The notes under the pieces were generated by a model that was not told where the DNA came from, ran no database searches, and saw only the letters and a program-made list of their open reading frames with translations. Positions 28,264 through 39,600 of a DNA stretch of 64,000 nucleotides are shown here, piece by piece. Position 1 is the first letter of the stretch; each line of letters opens with the position of its first letter. The DNA comes from Candidatus Marinacidobacterales bacterium (lineage in GTDB: Bacteria > Acidobacteriota > Vicinamibacteria > Marinacidobacterales > DATDRI01), in NCBI GenBank assembly GCA_965219415.1, contig CBDCNP010000002.1:1248001-1312000 (forward strand). The letters run 5' to 3'. The position numbers were made by a program, and so were the translations under genes.

Positions 28264-30387
28264 TTAGTTGTCGGTTGCCTCTTTCTTCTCTTCCGCCTCT
28301 TCCTCCTTCAAGCGTACGGCCCAAAGACCGGAGCCATAGTCGGTGAAGAAAGTGACACCCTTGTGAGGCTGGGCTCCCCAGACCTGCGGGGCATTCTTGA
28401 AGAAGCCCTCGGGATCGAAGGGGAGAAAGCGTGCGATCTCTCGACCTTGACGGTAGAGGTTCCCCCTCAGCTCGCCCGAGACATCCACCACGCGAAGGCC
28501 GCCGTTGTAGAAGGCCACGTACATGATGTCGTCCTCGACCCAGATGTTGTGGCTTCCCGCCTCCGGGACTTCGTAGCGGGCCACGAGCTTCGGGTCGTGC
28601 CCCTCGTTCCATTCCAGGATGTGAATCCAGCCGCGCCACCGAAGGGGCTCTCCCTCATAGCCAGGCGTGCCGGTGCCGCGCTCCGGCTTGGGTGAGAACT
28701 GAAGTCCGCTACGGGCCGCCTCGTCGCCAGCGAAGATATAGAACTTGCCAGTGGATTGGCTCTGATAGGGGTAAACAGCATGATTCCAACCGGTGGGAAA
28801 TCGAAAGCTTCCCATCTTTACCGGATTGCGGGGCGAGCCGCCGCGCCCGCCGCCTCCGACGTCGACCACCACCACGCCGTCGGTCCAGTTCGCGGAGTAT
28901 GCAACGCCGTCCTTCACGACCACGTCATGGATCGAGCGGTCGGGATTTTCAAGCTGAAAGCGCCCCACCCGGTGGGGATTTCTGGGGTCTTCTATATTAA
29001 TGATGTCGTAGCGACGGCCGCCGCTCAAGGCATAGACGTGGTTGTCGAAAATGTAGACGTTGTGGACGCCCCCGGTGAGTTCGTCGTCGAAGCTCGAGAG
29101 GATCCGCGCTCCGTTTTGGGGGTCTGAAACGTCGAGGATGACGATGCCATTGCGGCGGTTGGAGGCTCCTTCCCGGCTGATGACCGCCAGTCGTCCGTCC
29201 TCGGAAACCTTCACGTCGTTGACGGTACGGGCATCGACTCGGACGATGTCAATATGGATGATGTCGCCGGGATCGGTCACATCCCAAATGTAGGCATGGC
29301 CGCCGGCGCTGTGGGTCCCGGTGATCGCGTAGTCGCGGCCATCGGTGCCTTCCCAGACCCACAGGTCGGATGTAGCACGGTCGCGGACCTTGCCATGTCC
29401 CACGAGCTCGATCTCTCGGCGGACATCGCGCGGGCGGACGGCGACCACGACCGAGTCCGCGTGGGAGCCGGAGTTGGCGACAATCGTGTACTCACCGGGA
29501 AGATCCGCGACGAAGCGGCCGTCCTGATCAATGAGCCCCGACGACGGACCGCCGGAGGCGAGGTCGTCGGTCATCGCATGGAAACTGTACGTCACCGGCA
29601 TATCGGTGATGACCTGACCCTCGGAGTCGACCGGCTTCGCTTCCACATGGATGACGTCACCGGTTCGGGCTTTGGTCTGGCTAGTCTGTAACGTCAGCCG
29701 CGCGGTGGGATTCTCGACAACGGTGATCGGTAGGTTGGTAGTGACCGACTCCGCTTGGGCGGTGATCTCGGCACGTCCGGTACTGAGCAGCTTGATGTGC
29801 CCGAGGGAGTGGACCGAAACCACTTTGGGGCTGGAGCCCGTGAACCGAACCGGCACGTCTGGTCGGATGGCGCCGCCGGTGTCGATCACACGACTCTCTA
29901 GGCGCAGTGTCGTACCCTGGTAGAAGCGTTGGGGTGGATCCACTATCTCCACACTCTTCACCGGTGGATGCAGGATGGTCAGAGGGATCTCTTGTTGCAC
30001 GAAGGCTTCCACGTCCCGATCGCGACTCGTTGCCTCCGCATCCTTCGGCACGCGTACCGCGACCGAGTACTTCCCCGGCCGGGAGGCCGTCACCAAACCC
30101 TCGGGACTGATCTTGAACAAGTTGAAGCCCCACGTCCGAGCCTTCAGATTCCAGTACTGGCCGAAAAGCGGGAAGTAGAGCACCTTGACGTCCAACTCCT
30201 TGCCTTCAGCGTCCAAAACGGTCGCTTTGATCTGGACGCTTTCACCGACCTTCATCGTCAGCTCGGAAGGCTCCACCACCACCTTGGCCGGGACCGGCTT
30301 CGTCTCCTCGGCGGAAGTTGGCAAGAGCCAAGCGTAGGCCATCACCAGCAGCATCACTAGGGGAATGTACAGTCGTTTCATGATCAC
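28264..30387 (-). CDS. Exported Ig-like + LVIVD beta-propeller protein, paralog 3
   Basis: Signal peptide; TSDLWVWEG, ARTVNDVKV, GGVHN, WNH, GSHN shared with paralogs 1 and 2. Confidence 0.85.
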   Translation of the reverse strand: MIMKRLYIPLVMLLVMAYAWLLPTSAEETKPVPAKVVVEPSELTMKVGESVQIKATVLDAEGKELDVKVLYFPLFGQYWNLKARTWGFNLFKISPEGLVTASRPGKYSVAVRVPKDAEATSRDRDVEAFVQQEIPLTILHPPVKSVEIVDPPQRFYQGTTLRLESRVIDTGGAIRPDVPVRFTGSSPKVVSVHSLGHIKLLSTGRAEITAQAESVTTNLPITVVENPTARLTLQTSQTKARTGDVIHVEAKPVDSEGQVITDMPVTYSFHAMTDDLASGGPSSGLIDQDGRFVADLPGEYTIVANSGSHADSVVVAVRPRDVRREIELVGHGKVRDRATSDLWVWEGTDGRDYAITGTHSAGGHAYIWDVTDPGDIIHIDIVRVDARTVNDVKVSEDGRLAVISREGASNRRNGIVILDVSDPQNGARILSSFDDELTGGVHNVYIFDNHVYALSGGRRYDIINIEDPRNPHRVGRFQLENPDRSIHDVVVKDGVAYSANWTDGVVVVDVGGGGRGGSPRNPVKMGSFRFPTGWNHAVYPYQSQSTGKFYIFAGDEAARSGLQFSPKPERGTGTPGYEGEPLRWRGWIHILEWNEGHDPKLVARYEVPEAGSHNIWVEDDIMYVAFYNGGLRVVDVSGELRGNLYRQGREIARFLPFDPEGFFKNAPQVWGAQPHKGVTFFTDYGSGLWAVRLKEEEAEEKKEATDN

Positions 30388-30624
30388 CTCACTCGAACGA
30401 CTTCCAGGAGTCTAGCATGCGATGGAGGGCGCCGGTGAGAGCTTTCACAAGCGTCCCAGCTCACTAAAGCGGCGACAACCTCTAGCTACCCGTGTCTCTA
30501 CTGGCGGGTTCCGGAACACTAGAGAATTGGGTCGCACCAATGTGGTCGAGCGGCGCCTCGTTGAGCTTACGCCAACGCGAATTCTTAGACAGCCTGCCTG
30601 AAATCACGCTACGATGCCCACCAC

Positions 30625-30654
30625 TTGACACTGGTTCATTTCCCCGACTACCAT
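30625..30654 (+). promoter_or_regulatory. Possible sigma-70 promoter of the sox operon
   Basis: TTGACA-N18-TACCAT. Confidence 0.4.
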
Positions 30655-30917
30655 CACCGCGCGCGAAGTCGTGTCAATGATTTCTAATTAGCGCCGTTTG
30701 TTCGTGTGCGCGAGAACATTACAGAAGAATTCCTCGTTTATTTAGCCATCTCTTGTAACCTAGATAGGAGATCCACAATCCGGACCACGTGAGATTCTGT
30801 CGTCATCGGGAGACGGCGTATCAGCCACGAGCTGCTTCACGCGAGCACATTTGGCTCGCCGGGGGGAAGCCGACACTGCTCTCAGAGCCTTCATTTTATT
30901 TCAGACCGAGTGACATC

Positions 30918-32177
30918 ATGAGCAAATACTCCCAATACTCATTATTCAGCTTGGTTCGAAACGGCTTGAGCTACCACGAGAATTGGGCTCGACAATGGCG
31001 CAGCCCGGCGCCGAAGTCGGAGTACGACGTGATCATTGTCGGCGCCGGCGGCCATGGTCTGGCCACCGCCTATTACCTGGCCAAGGAGCACGGGATCACC
31101 GATGTGGCGGTGCTCGAAAAGGGTTGGCTGGGCGGTGGCAGCATCGGTCGAAACACGACCATCGTGCGTTCCAATTATCTGTGGGACGAGACCTCACACC
31201 TGTACGAGATGTCCTTGAAGCTGTGGGAAAACCTCAGCCAAGAGCTCAACTACAATCTTATGTTTAGTCAGCGGGGAGTCCTCAATCTCGGCCATAGCTT
31301 GGGCGACATGCGCGGGATCTCCCGTCGGGTGCATGCCAATCGACTAAATGGAATCGACGCGGAGATCCTGAATGCCGAGCAAGTCAAAGCGATGGTGCCG
31401 ATCATAAACACCTCCCCCCATGTGCGGCACCCAATACTTGGAGCTTCCCTCCAGCGGCGAGGGGGCACGGCCCGTCACGATGCCGTTGCCTGGGGTTTCG
31501 CACGTGCCGCGGATGCCCGCGGGGTGGACATCATCCAGGAATGTGGTGTCACTGGCATCCGACGCGATAACGGCCGGGTCGTCGGGGTGGACACGGCAAA
31601 GGGATTCATCAAGACCAAGAAGGTGGGGGTCGTGGTGGCGGGTCACACCAGCGTGCTCGCGGAGATGGCCGGGCTGCGTCTACCCATCGGGAGCCATCCG
31701 TTGCAGGCGCTCGTTTCGGAGCCCCTGAAGCCGGTACTGGATACGGTCGTGATGTCCAATGCTGTCCACGCTTACATCTCACAAACGGACAAGGGAGAGC
31801 TCGTGTTGGGGGCGGGAATCGACTCCTACAACGGCTACGGTCTTCGCGGGAGCCTCTCCGTGATCGAGCACAACTTGGCGGCCGTCGTCGAGTTGTTCCC
31901 GATTTTCAGTCGCGTTCGCATGTTGCGACAATGGGCCGGTACGGTCGACACCTGCCCCGATGCCAGCCCGATCCTCAGCAAAACCCTGATCAGAGGTTTG
32001 TACATTAATTGCGGGTGGGGCACCGGTGGCTTCAAAGCCACGCCGGGCTCGGGCTGGGTGTTTGCCCATACGATTGCCCAGGATCGGCCCCATCCTCTCA
32101 ACGAACCGTTCTCACTCGAGCGCTTTACCACCGGCCACCTAATCGATGAGCACGGCGCCGCCGGCGTCGCACACTGA
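30918..32177 (+). CDS. soxB: Heterotetrameric sarcosine oxidase beta subunit
   Basis: [65 protein letters not shown]; ATG at 30918 preferred. Confidence 0.95.
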   Translation: MSKYSQYSLFSLVRNGLSYHENWARQWRSPAPKSEYDVIIVGAGGHGLATAYYLAKEHGITDVAVLEKGWLGGGSIGRNTTIVRSNYLWDETSHLYEMSLKLWENLSQELNYNLMFSQRGVLNLGHSLGDMRGISRRVHANRLNGIDAEILNAEQVKAMVPIINTSPHVRHPILGASLQRRGGTARHDAVAWGFARAADARGVDIIQECGVTGIRRDNGRVVGVDTAKGFIKTKKVGVVVAGHTSVLAEMAGLRLPIGSHPLQALVSEPLKPVLDTVVMSNAVHAYISQTDKGELVLGAGIDSYNGYGLRGSLSVIEHNLAAVVELFPIFSRVRMLRQWAGTVDTCPDASPILSKTLIRGLYINCGWGTGGFKATPGSGWVFAHTIAQDRPHPLNEPFSLERFTTGHLIDEHGAAGVAH

Positions 32178-32186
32178 GGAGCCACC

Positions 32187-32468
32187 ATGTTGTTGATCCG
32201 TTGCCCATGGTGCGGGCCGCGAGAAGAATCCGAGTTCTCGTATGGCGGCGAGGCCCACATCGTCCGGCCCAAGGACCCGGACGCGCTCACGGACGCCGAG
32301 TGGGCGGACTATCTCTTCATGCGCAAGAACCCGCAAGGTCGTCACCGCGAGCAATGGCTGCACTCGGCCGGTTGCCGGCGGTGGTTCAACATCGAGCGCG
32401 ACACGGTCACCTACAAGATCATCTCGGTCTACAAGGTAGGTGAGCGGATCCCTAGAGATGTCGAGTGA
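32187..32468 (+). CDS. soxD: Sarcosine oxidase delta subunit
   Basis: CPWCGPR..EF.YGGEAH and H..GCRRWF zinc motif. Confidence 0.95.
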   Translation: MLLIRCPWCGPREESEFSYGGEAHIVRPKDPDALTDAEWADYLFMRKNPQGRHREQWLHSAGCRRWFNIERDTVTYKIISVYKVGERIPRDVE

Positions 32469-35400
32469 CCGAGCGTTATCGTCTGGCCACGGGTGGCCGA
32501 ATCGACCGTGACAAGCCGCTCGAGTTCACGTTCAATGGCGAGCGTTGTCGAGGCTATCAGGGGGACACGCTCGCATCGGCTTTGCTCGCGAACGGCATCC
32601 ATTTAGTCGGACGGAGCTTCAAGTATCACCGCCCCCGCGGCATCGTGGGAAGTGGTGCGGAGGAGCCGAATGCCGTTCTTCAAGTCGGGAGCGGCGCCGA
32701 CACGCTACCCAATCAACTCGCGACTCAGGTCGAGCTCTATCAGGGACTTCGCGCGGCAAGCGTCAATTGCTGGCCAAGCGTCTATTGGGACGCTTATGCC
32801 TTCATCGGTCTTTTCGCGCGTTTTCTGCCTTCCGGCTTTTACTACAAGACCTTCATGCGGCCGAAGCGCATGTGGATGAAGTACGAGTCCTTTATTCGCC
32901 GCGCCGCGGGGTTGGGACTCTCGCCGAGAGAACCGGACCCAGATCGGTACGACAAAATCCATACCCACTGCGACGTTTTGGTCCTCGGAAGTGGCCCCGC
33001 CGGACTCGCGGCGGCGGTCGAGGCCGGTCGCACGGGTGCGCGGGTCATTCTCGCCGACGAGCAGTCCGAGCTGGGTGGCAGCGCGCTAAGTAACCGCCAG
33101 CAAATCGATGGCGCTCCCGCCATGGAATGGGTGACGGCGGCCATCGAGGAACTACGGGCGATGGAGGAGGTGCGCCTCCTTCCGCGCAGCACCGTGTTCG
33201 GCTACTACGACCACAATTTCCTCGGAATCCTCGAACGCGTGACGGCCCACTTGCTCCCCGCTGCCCCGTCGAGACCCCGTGAAAGGCTCTGGGGAGTCCG
33301 AGCCAAACAAGTTGTTCTCGCCGCCGGTGCCATCGAGCGCCCTCTCGTGTTTCCTAATAATGACCGACCCGGCATCCTGTTGGCGTCGGCCGTCTCCACG
33401 TATGCGAACCGATATGCGGTAGCGCCCGGGTCGCGGGCGCTGGTGTTCACGAACAACGACAGCGCCTATCAAACGGCGCTGGACCTGGCCGAGGCTGGAA
33501 CGGCGGTGGCCGCGGTGGTGGATGTGCGAGGAGAGCCGCGTGGTGCGCTGCCCTCCCGGGTACGGCAACACGGTATTGACGTGATCGGCGGCCATGCCGT
33601 GGTGGACGTGCTCGGTAAGAAGAGGGTGAGCGGAGTCGAGATCATGCGTCTCAACGCCGATGGAGAGTCCGTCGAGGGCACGCTCCGTGAGATCGACTGC
33701 GATCTGGTTGCCGCTTCCGGAGGGTGGACTTCCACCGTACACCTGCACTCGCAGTCCGGGGGCAAGTTGCGCTGGGACACGCTCAAGGCCTGCTTTGTGC
33801 CTGGCGAGTCCGTCCAGGCGGAGCGCTCGGCGGGCTCCTGTAACGGCGGCTTCACCCTACGTGAGTGTTTGGCCGAAGGTTCGGCCGCCGGCGCCGCCGC
33901 CGCCCACGACGCCGGCTTCGGCGACGGGCGAGCCAAGGCCAAGCTACCCGATGTCCCCGAAGAGACCGAGGAGCCGCTCTGTCCAATGTGGGTCGTTCCG
34001 TCCCGCGAACCTATCTCGCGGGAGCACAAGCAGTTCGTGGACATGCAAGAGGACGTGAGTGCGGCGGACATCGTGCTGGCCGTGCGCGAGGGCTTCGAGT
34101 CGATCGAGCTGGTCAAGCGCTATACCACCCTGGCGATGGGCACGGATCAGGGCAAGCTCGGCAGCATCAACGGCATGGGAATCGTGGCCAAGACGTTGGG
34201 TGTCGATCTCCCCTCCGTCGGCACCACCAAGTTCCGTCCCTCCTACACGCCTATCAGTTTCGGAGCCCTCGCCGGGCGCGACCTGGGGCCGCTCTTCGAT
34301 CCGGTGCGTAAGACCGCGATACATGCGTGGCATGCGGAGATGGGAGCGGAGTTCGAGAACGTCGGGCAGTGGAAACGCCCCTGGTACTACCCACGTCCCG
34401 GCGAGACGATGCACAATGCCGTGAGCCGAGAATGTCTCGCGGCCCGCAACGGCGCCTGCCTCGTCGATCAATCGACCCTGGGGAAGATCGATTTGCAAGG
34501 GCCGGATGTCGCTGAGTTTCTCAATCGTGTGTACACCAACGGCTGGAGCAAGCTCGGCGTCGGTCGCTGTCGCTACGGTCTGATGCTGGGTGAAGACGGC
34601 ATGGTGATGGACGACGGGGTCACCGCCCGACTCGCCGAGCACCATTACTTGATGCACACCACGACCGGCGGGGCGGCGAACGTGATGTCATGGCTCGAGC
34701 GCTGGCTGCAAACGGAATGGCCGGAGCTCAAGGTCTACTTGACCTCGGTCACGGATCACTGGGCAACCATCGCCGTGGTAGGAGCCTATAGTCGAAAGGT
34801 GCTCACGAAGGTATGCGACGATATCGACTTTTCTCGCGAGGCCTTCCCCTTCATGTCCGTTCGCCATGGAACGGTGGCCGGCTTGCCGGCCCGGGTTTTT
34901 CGCATCAGCTTTAGCGGAGAGCTGACCTACGAGATCAATGTTTCGGCCAACTATGGCCGGGGAGTCTGGGAAGCCTTGATGGAAGCGGGGAGGGAATACG
35001 ATATCACCCCCTACGGCACGGAAGCCTTGCATATCTTGCGCGCCGAGAAAGGCTTCATCATCGTGGGTCAGGAGACCGACGGTTCGGTCACTCCCGGGGA
35101 TCTGGGCATGGATTGGGTTCTCAGCAAACAAAAGGATTTCCTCGGCAAGCGCTCCCTCGCTCGACCGGATTGCGTGCGTGAAGATCGTAAACAACTGGTT
35201 GGTTTGTTGACCGAAACGCCGTCGGAGGTTTTGCCAGAAGGTGGGCAGATCGTCGATTCTCTCTCGGCTTCCATTCCGGTGCCGATGATAGGTCACGTCA
35301 CCTCCAGCTATTTCAGTGCCCACCTTGGCCGCTCTTTTGCGCTGGCCCTGGTAAAGTCTGGACACTCCCGTATGAACCAGAGGGTGCACGTACCGTTGTT

Positions 35401-35476
35401 GAACGGCCGAACAGTGAGTGCAGTGATTACCCGACCGGTGTTCTACGATCCGGAGGGAGCGAGACAGAATGTCTGA
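32465..35476 (+). CDS. soxA: Sarcosine oxidase alpha subunit
   Basis: GDTLASALLANG, RSFKYHRPRG, KRYTT..MGTDQGK; GcvT-like C-terminal half. Confidence 0.95.
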   Translation: MTERYRLATGGRIDRDKPLEFTFNGERCRGYQGDTLASALLANGIHLVGRSFKYHRPRGIVGSGAEEPNAVLQVGSGADTLPNQLATQVELYQGLRAASVNCWPSVYWDAYAFIGLFARFLPSGFYYKTFMRPKRMWMKYESFIRRAAGLGLSPREPDPDRYDKIHTHCDVLVLGSGPAGLAAAVEAGRTGARVILADEQSELGGSALSNRQQIDGAPAMEWVTAAIEELRAMEEVRLLPRSTVFGYYDHNFLGILERVTAHLLPAAPSRPRERLWGVRAKQVVLAAGAIERPLVFPNNDRPGILLASAVSTYANRYAVAPGSRALVFTNNDSAYQTALDLAEAGTAVAAVVDVRGEPRGALPSRVRQHGIDVIGGHAVVDVLGKKRVSGVEIMRLNADGESVEGTLREIDCDLVAASGGWTSTVHLHSQSGGKLRWDTLKACFVPGESVQAERSAGSCNGGFTLRECLAEGSAAGAAAAHDAGFGDGRAKAKLPDVPEETEEPLCPMWVVPSREPISREHKQFVDMQEDVSAADIVLAVREGFESIELVKRYTTLAMGTDQGKLGSINGMGIVAKTLGVDLPSVGTTKFRPSYTPISFGALAGRDLGPLFDPVRKTAIHAWHAEMGAEFENVGQWKRPWYYPRPGETMHNAVSRECLAARNGACLVDQSTLGKIDLQGPDVAEFLNRVYTNGWSKLGVGRCRYGLMLGEDGMVMDDGVTARLAEHHYLMHTTTGGAANVMSWLERWLQTEWPELKVYLTSVTDHWATIAVVGAYSRKVLTKVCDDIDFSREAFPFMSVRHGTVAGLPARVFRISFSGELTYEINVSANYGRGVWEALMEAGREYDITPYGTEALHILRAEKGFIIVGQETDGSVTPGDLGMDWVLSKQKDFLGKRSLARPDCVREDRKQLVGLLTETPSEVLPEGGQIVDSLSASIPVPMIGHVTSSYFSAHLGRSFALALVKSGHSRMNQRVHVPLLNGRTVSAVITRPVFYDPEGARQNV

Positions 35477-36152
35477 ACGGGCCCGTCGAGAGTCTCCTTG
35501 GGCAGAGTTTTACCCGGCCGAACGGAGCGCTGTGCTTTCCGGTCAGGCCGGTCAGGCCGGTGTCCAACTGCAGGAGCGCCCTTTCCTCGGCCATCTGAAT
35601 CTGCGCGGCGAGCCGACCGACACCGCGTTTCTCGAAGCCGTTGAGGCAGTGGTTGGATTCGGTTTGCCCTTGGACCCAAACACCGTCACGGACGGCCGCG
35701 AGGTGACCGCTCTCTGGCTCGGACCCAATGAATGGCTGCTCTTGACCCCGGAGGACCAGCAAGACCGAATCGCCCAAGCCCTGCGGACCGCCCTGGGCAA
35801 CGTATTCTCCGCCGTCACCGACTTGAGCGGTGGTCAAACGGTCATCAACATTCGGGGCACTCATGCGCGTGACGTGCTGAGCAAAGGGAGCCCCGTGGAT
35901 CTTCACGCACGAGTCTTCGGTCCCGGGCGCTGCACTCAGACCCACCTCGCGAAAGCCGGGGTCCTCATCCGGCACCGGGGTGATTCGCCGTCCTTCGATC
36001 TCATGGTGCGCCGTAGCTTTGCCGATTACGTCGCCACCTGGCTCAAAAATGCCGCAGAGGAATACGGCGTGGTGGTCATCTCTCAACCCACCGACTCGGC
36101 TGCGGTCCCCGCGTCTGACGCGCCACCTCGCGGTCTCAAGAGCGCCACATGA
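35469..36152 (+). CDS. soxG: Sarcosine oxidase gamma subunit
   Basis: LNLRG, LWLGPNEWLL, KGSPVDLH, VRRSFADY. Confidence 0.92.
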   Translation: MSERARRESPWAEFYPAERSAVLSGQAGQAGVQLQERPFLGHLNLRGEPTDTAFLEAVEAVVGFGLPLDPNTVTDGREVTALWLGPNEWLLLTPEDQQDRIAQALRTALGNVFSAVTDLSGGQTVINIRGTHARDVLSKGSPVDLHARVFGPGRCTQTHLAKAGVLIRHRGDSPSFDLMVRRSFADYVATWLKNAAEEYGVVVISQPTDSAAVPASDAPPRGLKSAT

Positions 36153-36609
36153 TTGGTACGCGCTCGAAGAACTGATGATGCGCCAGCCACTGACGCGTCC
36201 GTTCCTGAACTTTGGGTCCGGCTTTCGAGACCAGCCATACTCGTCTGGAGAGCCTCGACGCGGTATCCGAGTCGTAAGCTGACAGCGCTTCTTGCAGAGA
36301 ACTTCGAATTTTTGTTGTAGCTTTTGGATCTGATCGAGCAAGGCCGTCCGAACTGTTTTGGAGTTGGACCGAGACTTGCCATTGGGTTCCAACTCAACGA
36401 GTCGCCGGTGAGGATCCGCCAGGTCCTGGCGCAGGTTGCGGATGACAAAGGAAGTTTCATATCTCTCCGACCGTCGGCCGTGGTAGACTCCTGCCCTCCA
36501 GAGGGCCAAAGCGCCCAGTCCACCGCCAGGATAAACCAACGGAGACCAATTTTTGATGTCGGATCCGACCCACTCCCGGTTGTTCGTTGCGGGAGCTAAG
36601 GAGAGAACC

Positions 36610-39600
36610 ATGAGACAGGTAACGTATCGAGTGCCCCGAGGGGCCACGTTGTTGGTCGCTATAGTCCTTCTGGCAGTGTCGGGTGCCGCCGTGCCGGTGT
36701 TGCAGACGGCGCCGCAAGATTCACTTACCGGCCTTGAGGGGATCTTTTCGACGGGACCGGTCCTGCAGGATCGGAATGGCGATGAGTTGGTCGACTTCGT
36801 GGAGGCGGCCATCGTTTTGGGCGAGGCGCCGACGGCTCAGGAAGTCGCCGCTGCGGCCGATATCGCGGCTCGAATGGGCCACGAAACCATGGCCATGAAC
36901 GTGCCGGTGGCTTCGGAGCCCGGGGCTGCCGCCACCGGAATCCTGGTTGGTAACGGAGCCGTGGCGCGGGCTGGCCTCCGCGCCGCCGATGCTGGAGTTC
37001 AGGGACTTTCGCCCGGCGAAGGCGTGGTCCGGATGGTCTCTGGAAGCGGGCGCAGCTGGGTCGTGGTGGCGGGCGCCGACGATGCCGGCACCCGGGCAGC
37101 GGCCGACGCGTTCGCGCAACGCTTGCCCCATGTGTGGGATCCAAAGGGCCCGGAGCTCTCGGATGTGGCTCAGGACGTGGAGACGTTTCTGGGCGAGCAA
37201 GGTGTTCGAACCGAGAGCTCCGAGGTGGCCGGCGTTCGGGTGAAAGCAGGCGAGCCGGGTTTTCGGCTTCTGGAAGTGGAGGTGCAGCTGGGCTCGCCTT
37301 CTGACCTCAACCGCGCTCGAGGAGCGCTCGAGGAGCTGGTTCGGGCGCGTCCTGGCGTGGCGAGCGGGGCCGCGGCGCGTCTCTCCTACCCGGGTGCTCG
37401 CGTGCTTCGTGTGGCGCTCTCGGCACAAGGGGCAGACGCTGCTGAGGTGGAGGTGCCAAAGGTGGAGTCTGTCCCCACGGAGGGGCCCATCCCGCCGCGC
37501 CCGGGCTCGAAGGCAAAAGTAAAGTTGGATCTTTCCAGCGTCTACACCAACGATGGCTTCCTCGGTGATTCGGACGAGAACCTGATCCCCGACCGGATCG
37601 ACGTGCTCCTCAGTCCCTCTGGCGAGGGGATCGAGGGAACGGTGGACCTCGCCGCCCGCATTGGGCTGGAGTCGGCTGGCGTCCAGATTCCCGTGGCCCA
37701 GGTGCCGGAGGCCATCGAGGATCCGGAAGGGGCACCGACGCTGGTGCTCATCGGCACCGACCATCCCCTGGTGCAGCAACTGGTGCAGAAGGGAAAGCTA
37801 CAGCTGCCTTCCCTCGAGCCGAACCAGGGTCTCATCCAAGTGGTGCCCAAGGCCTTCAAGGACAAGAGTGCCGTGGTGATCACAGGAGGTGACGGGCCTG
37901 GCGTGGCCCGGGCGCTCCGGCAGGTTGCCGAGCGGTTCCCCAACGTCTGGGAGCGCGGCAAGGATCGGACCACCATCGAGGGTGTCGAAGAGAACGTGTA
38001 CCGGTTCCTCTCGGGTCGCTCCCCCGCCGGGCAGGCGGCCACCGCCTTGTACAAGCTGGATAGCCTCGTGCAGGAGCTGTCGGGAAAGGACCTGGAGTCC
38101 GCACACGTTGTGGTTTCGGTGGAGAAGCCGGCGGACGGACTAGAGGGGATCGTGCGGCAGCATGCGGAAGCCTTGGGTGCCGGCTCCCTCGAGGTGACCA
38201 TCGACAACCGGGACGTAGAGAACGCCGCGATCATCTACGAGGAGGAGTTCGAGGTTGCCTCGGAGGTTGCGGAGTTCTGGGAGATCTTTCGTTCGGAGAT
38301 CGTGCCAGAGGTCCGGAGGGGGCAGCCGGTGGTGATAGAGGCGCGCCTGAGCGAGCCGCCGGAGATTCGGACGGAGATCGAAGCCAAGGCAAGAGCGGAG
38401 CTGATCGCCGCGGGTGCGGCGGAATCGGGCACCGAGGTGAGGGTGCTTTCGGCCTACAAGCAAGGCTACAGCTGGCTGCACGACGTAGTCGGCCCGGCGC
38501 TCAAGGGCCAGAAGGTGGGTAAGCTAACCATCCGCTTTGCTGAGAACGGCCCGCCGCCGGAGTGGAAGCAGCAGGCCATGTACGCCAAGAGTCGCTGGCT
38601 GATGGAGACCTACCCCATCGACGAGGTGCTGGCTCGGCAGCTGGGCCTTGAGCTGGATCAGATCGGCTTCGAGATGATGCCGATCGGTGCACCGACGTAC
38701 GAGGCCATCGCCACCGCCCCCGACGGCAGCGAGCTGCTCCGGGAGAACTTCGAGCCTAAGTACGTGTTGAGGTCGTATTTCGATCCCCTTCCCGATTACG
38801 AGAAGGTCCGGGTGACCACCGGATGGCTTACCGCCCGGGTGGGTGGCGATACGGTAGTGGACCGGAGGATCATCACCGACGTCGAGCGCTTCTGGGACCA
38901 CTACCAGGAAAAGACCCTGCAAGGGATCTACGACTACGTCATGGAGCTTACGGAGGGCAACCCCCGGTCCGAGGACGCGCCACATTTCGGGAAGCTCGTC
39001 GTGGAGTTGACCCTCAGCGAGCCCAATTACTTGGTGGGCGTCGACAGGGAGATCATCGCTTCCATGGAGTCCGTCCACGAGGATCTATACTTCACCACCC
39101 TGCATTTCTTCGATGTGTTGGGCCAATACGCCCGGGGCGAAGGCCTGGACTTTCCGGGCCGGGTGATCCCCATTATGCGTCCCAAGGGAGACGGCAAGGC
39201 GGGGCGGGCGAAGATCACTTTCACCGGCTTCGCCTCCCCACGTCCGGCCGTGGTGGTGAAGTATACCGAGCGGGGAGGCGGGGAAGGCAAGGTGCGCCGG
39301 GACATCCGGCGAGTAGATCTGGAGCGCCCCCAGGCCCTGGCGGCAACCGTGCGGGACGGCCGGGACGGGATCGAGCGCCTGGAGCTGCGGGTGAAGGTCG
39401 ACACCGAGATGGACCAGCGGGCCGAGCTCCTGAAGCGAGCCCGTGTCGAGGAAGTGGACCGGCGGATCATGTCCGCCCAGCAAGTCACCGCCCTGGTGGA
39501 TAACCTCTCCCGGCTGCAGCAGGCAGGTCTGTACCGTGACGCCCTCGCGTACCACGACCTGGGCGAGCTCAGAATCGCCGCCGGCTGGGAGTACGAGGTG

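Noticed and set aside
30789-30917. 43-aa N-terminal extension of SoxB
   Set aside because: Not SoxB-like; the family-typical start is MSKYS at 30918
35427-36812. 461-aa minus-strand ORF
   Set aside because: Overlaps soxG and M14 #2 in antisense and has no motifs. A coiled-coil-like patch at ~36200-36470 might be a gene remnant but cannot be supported
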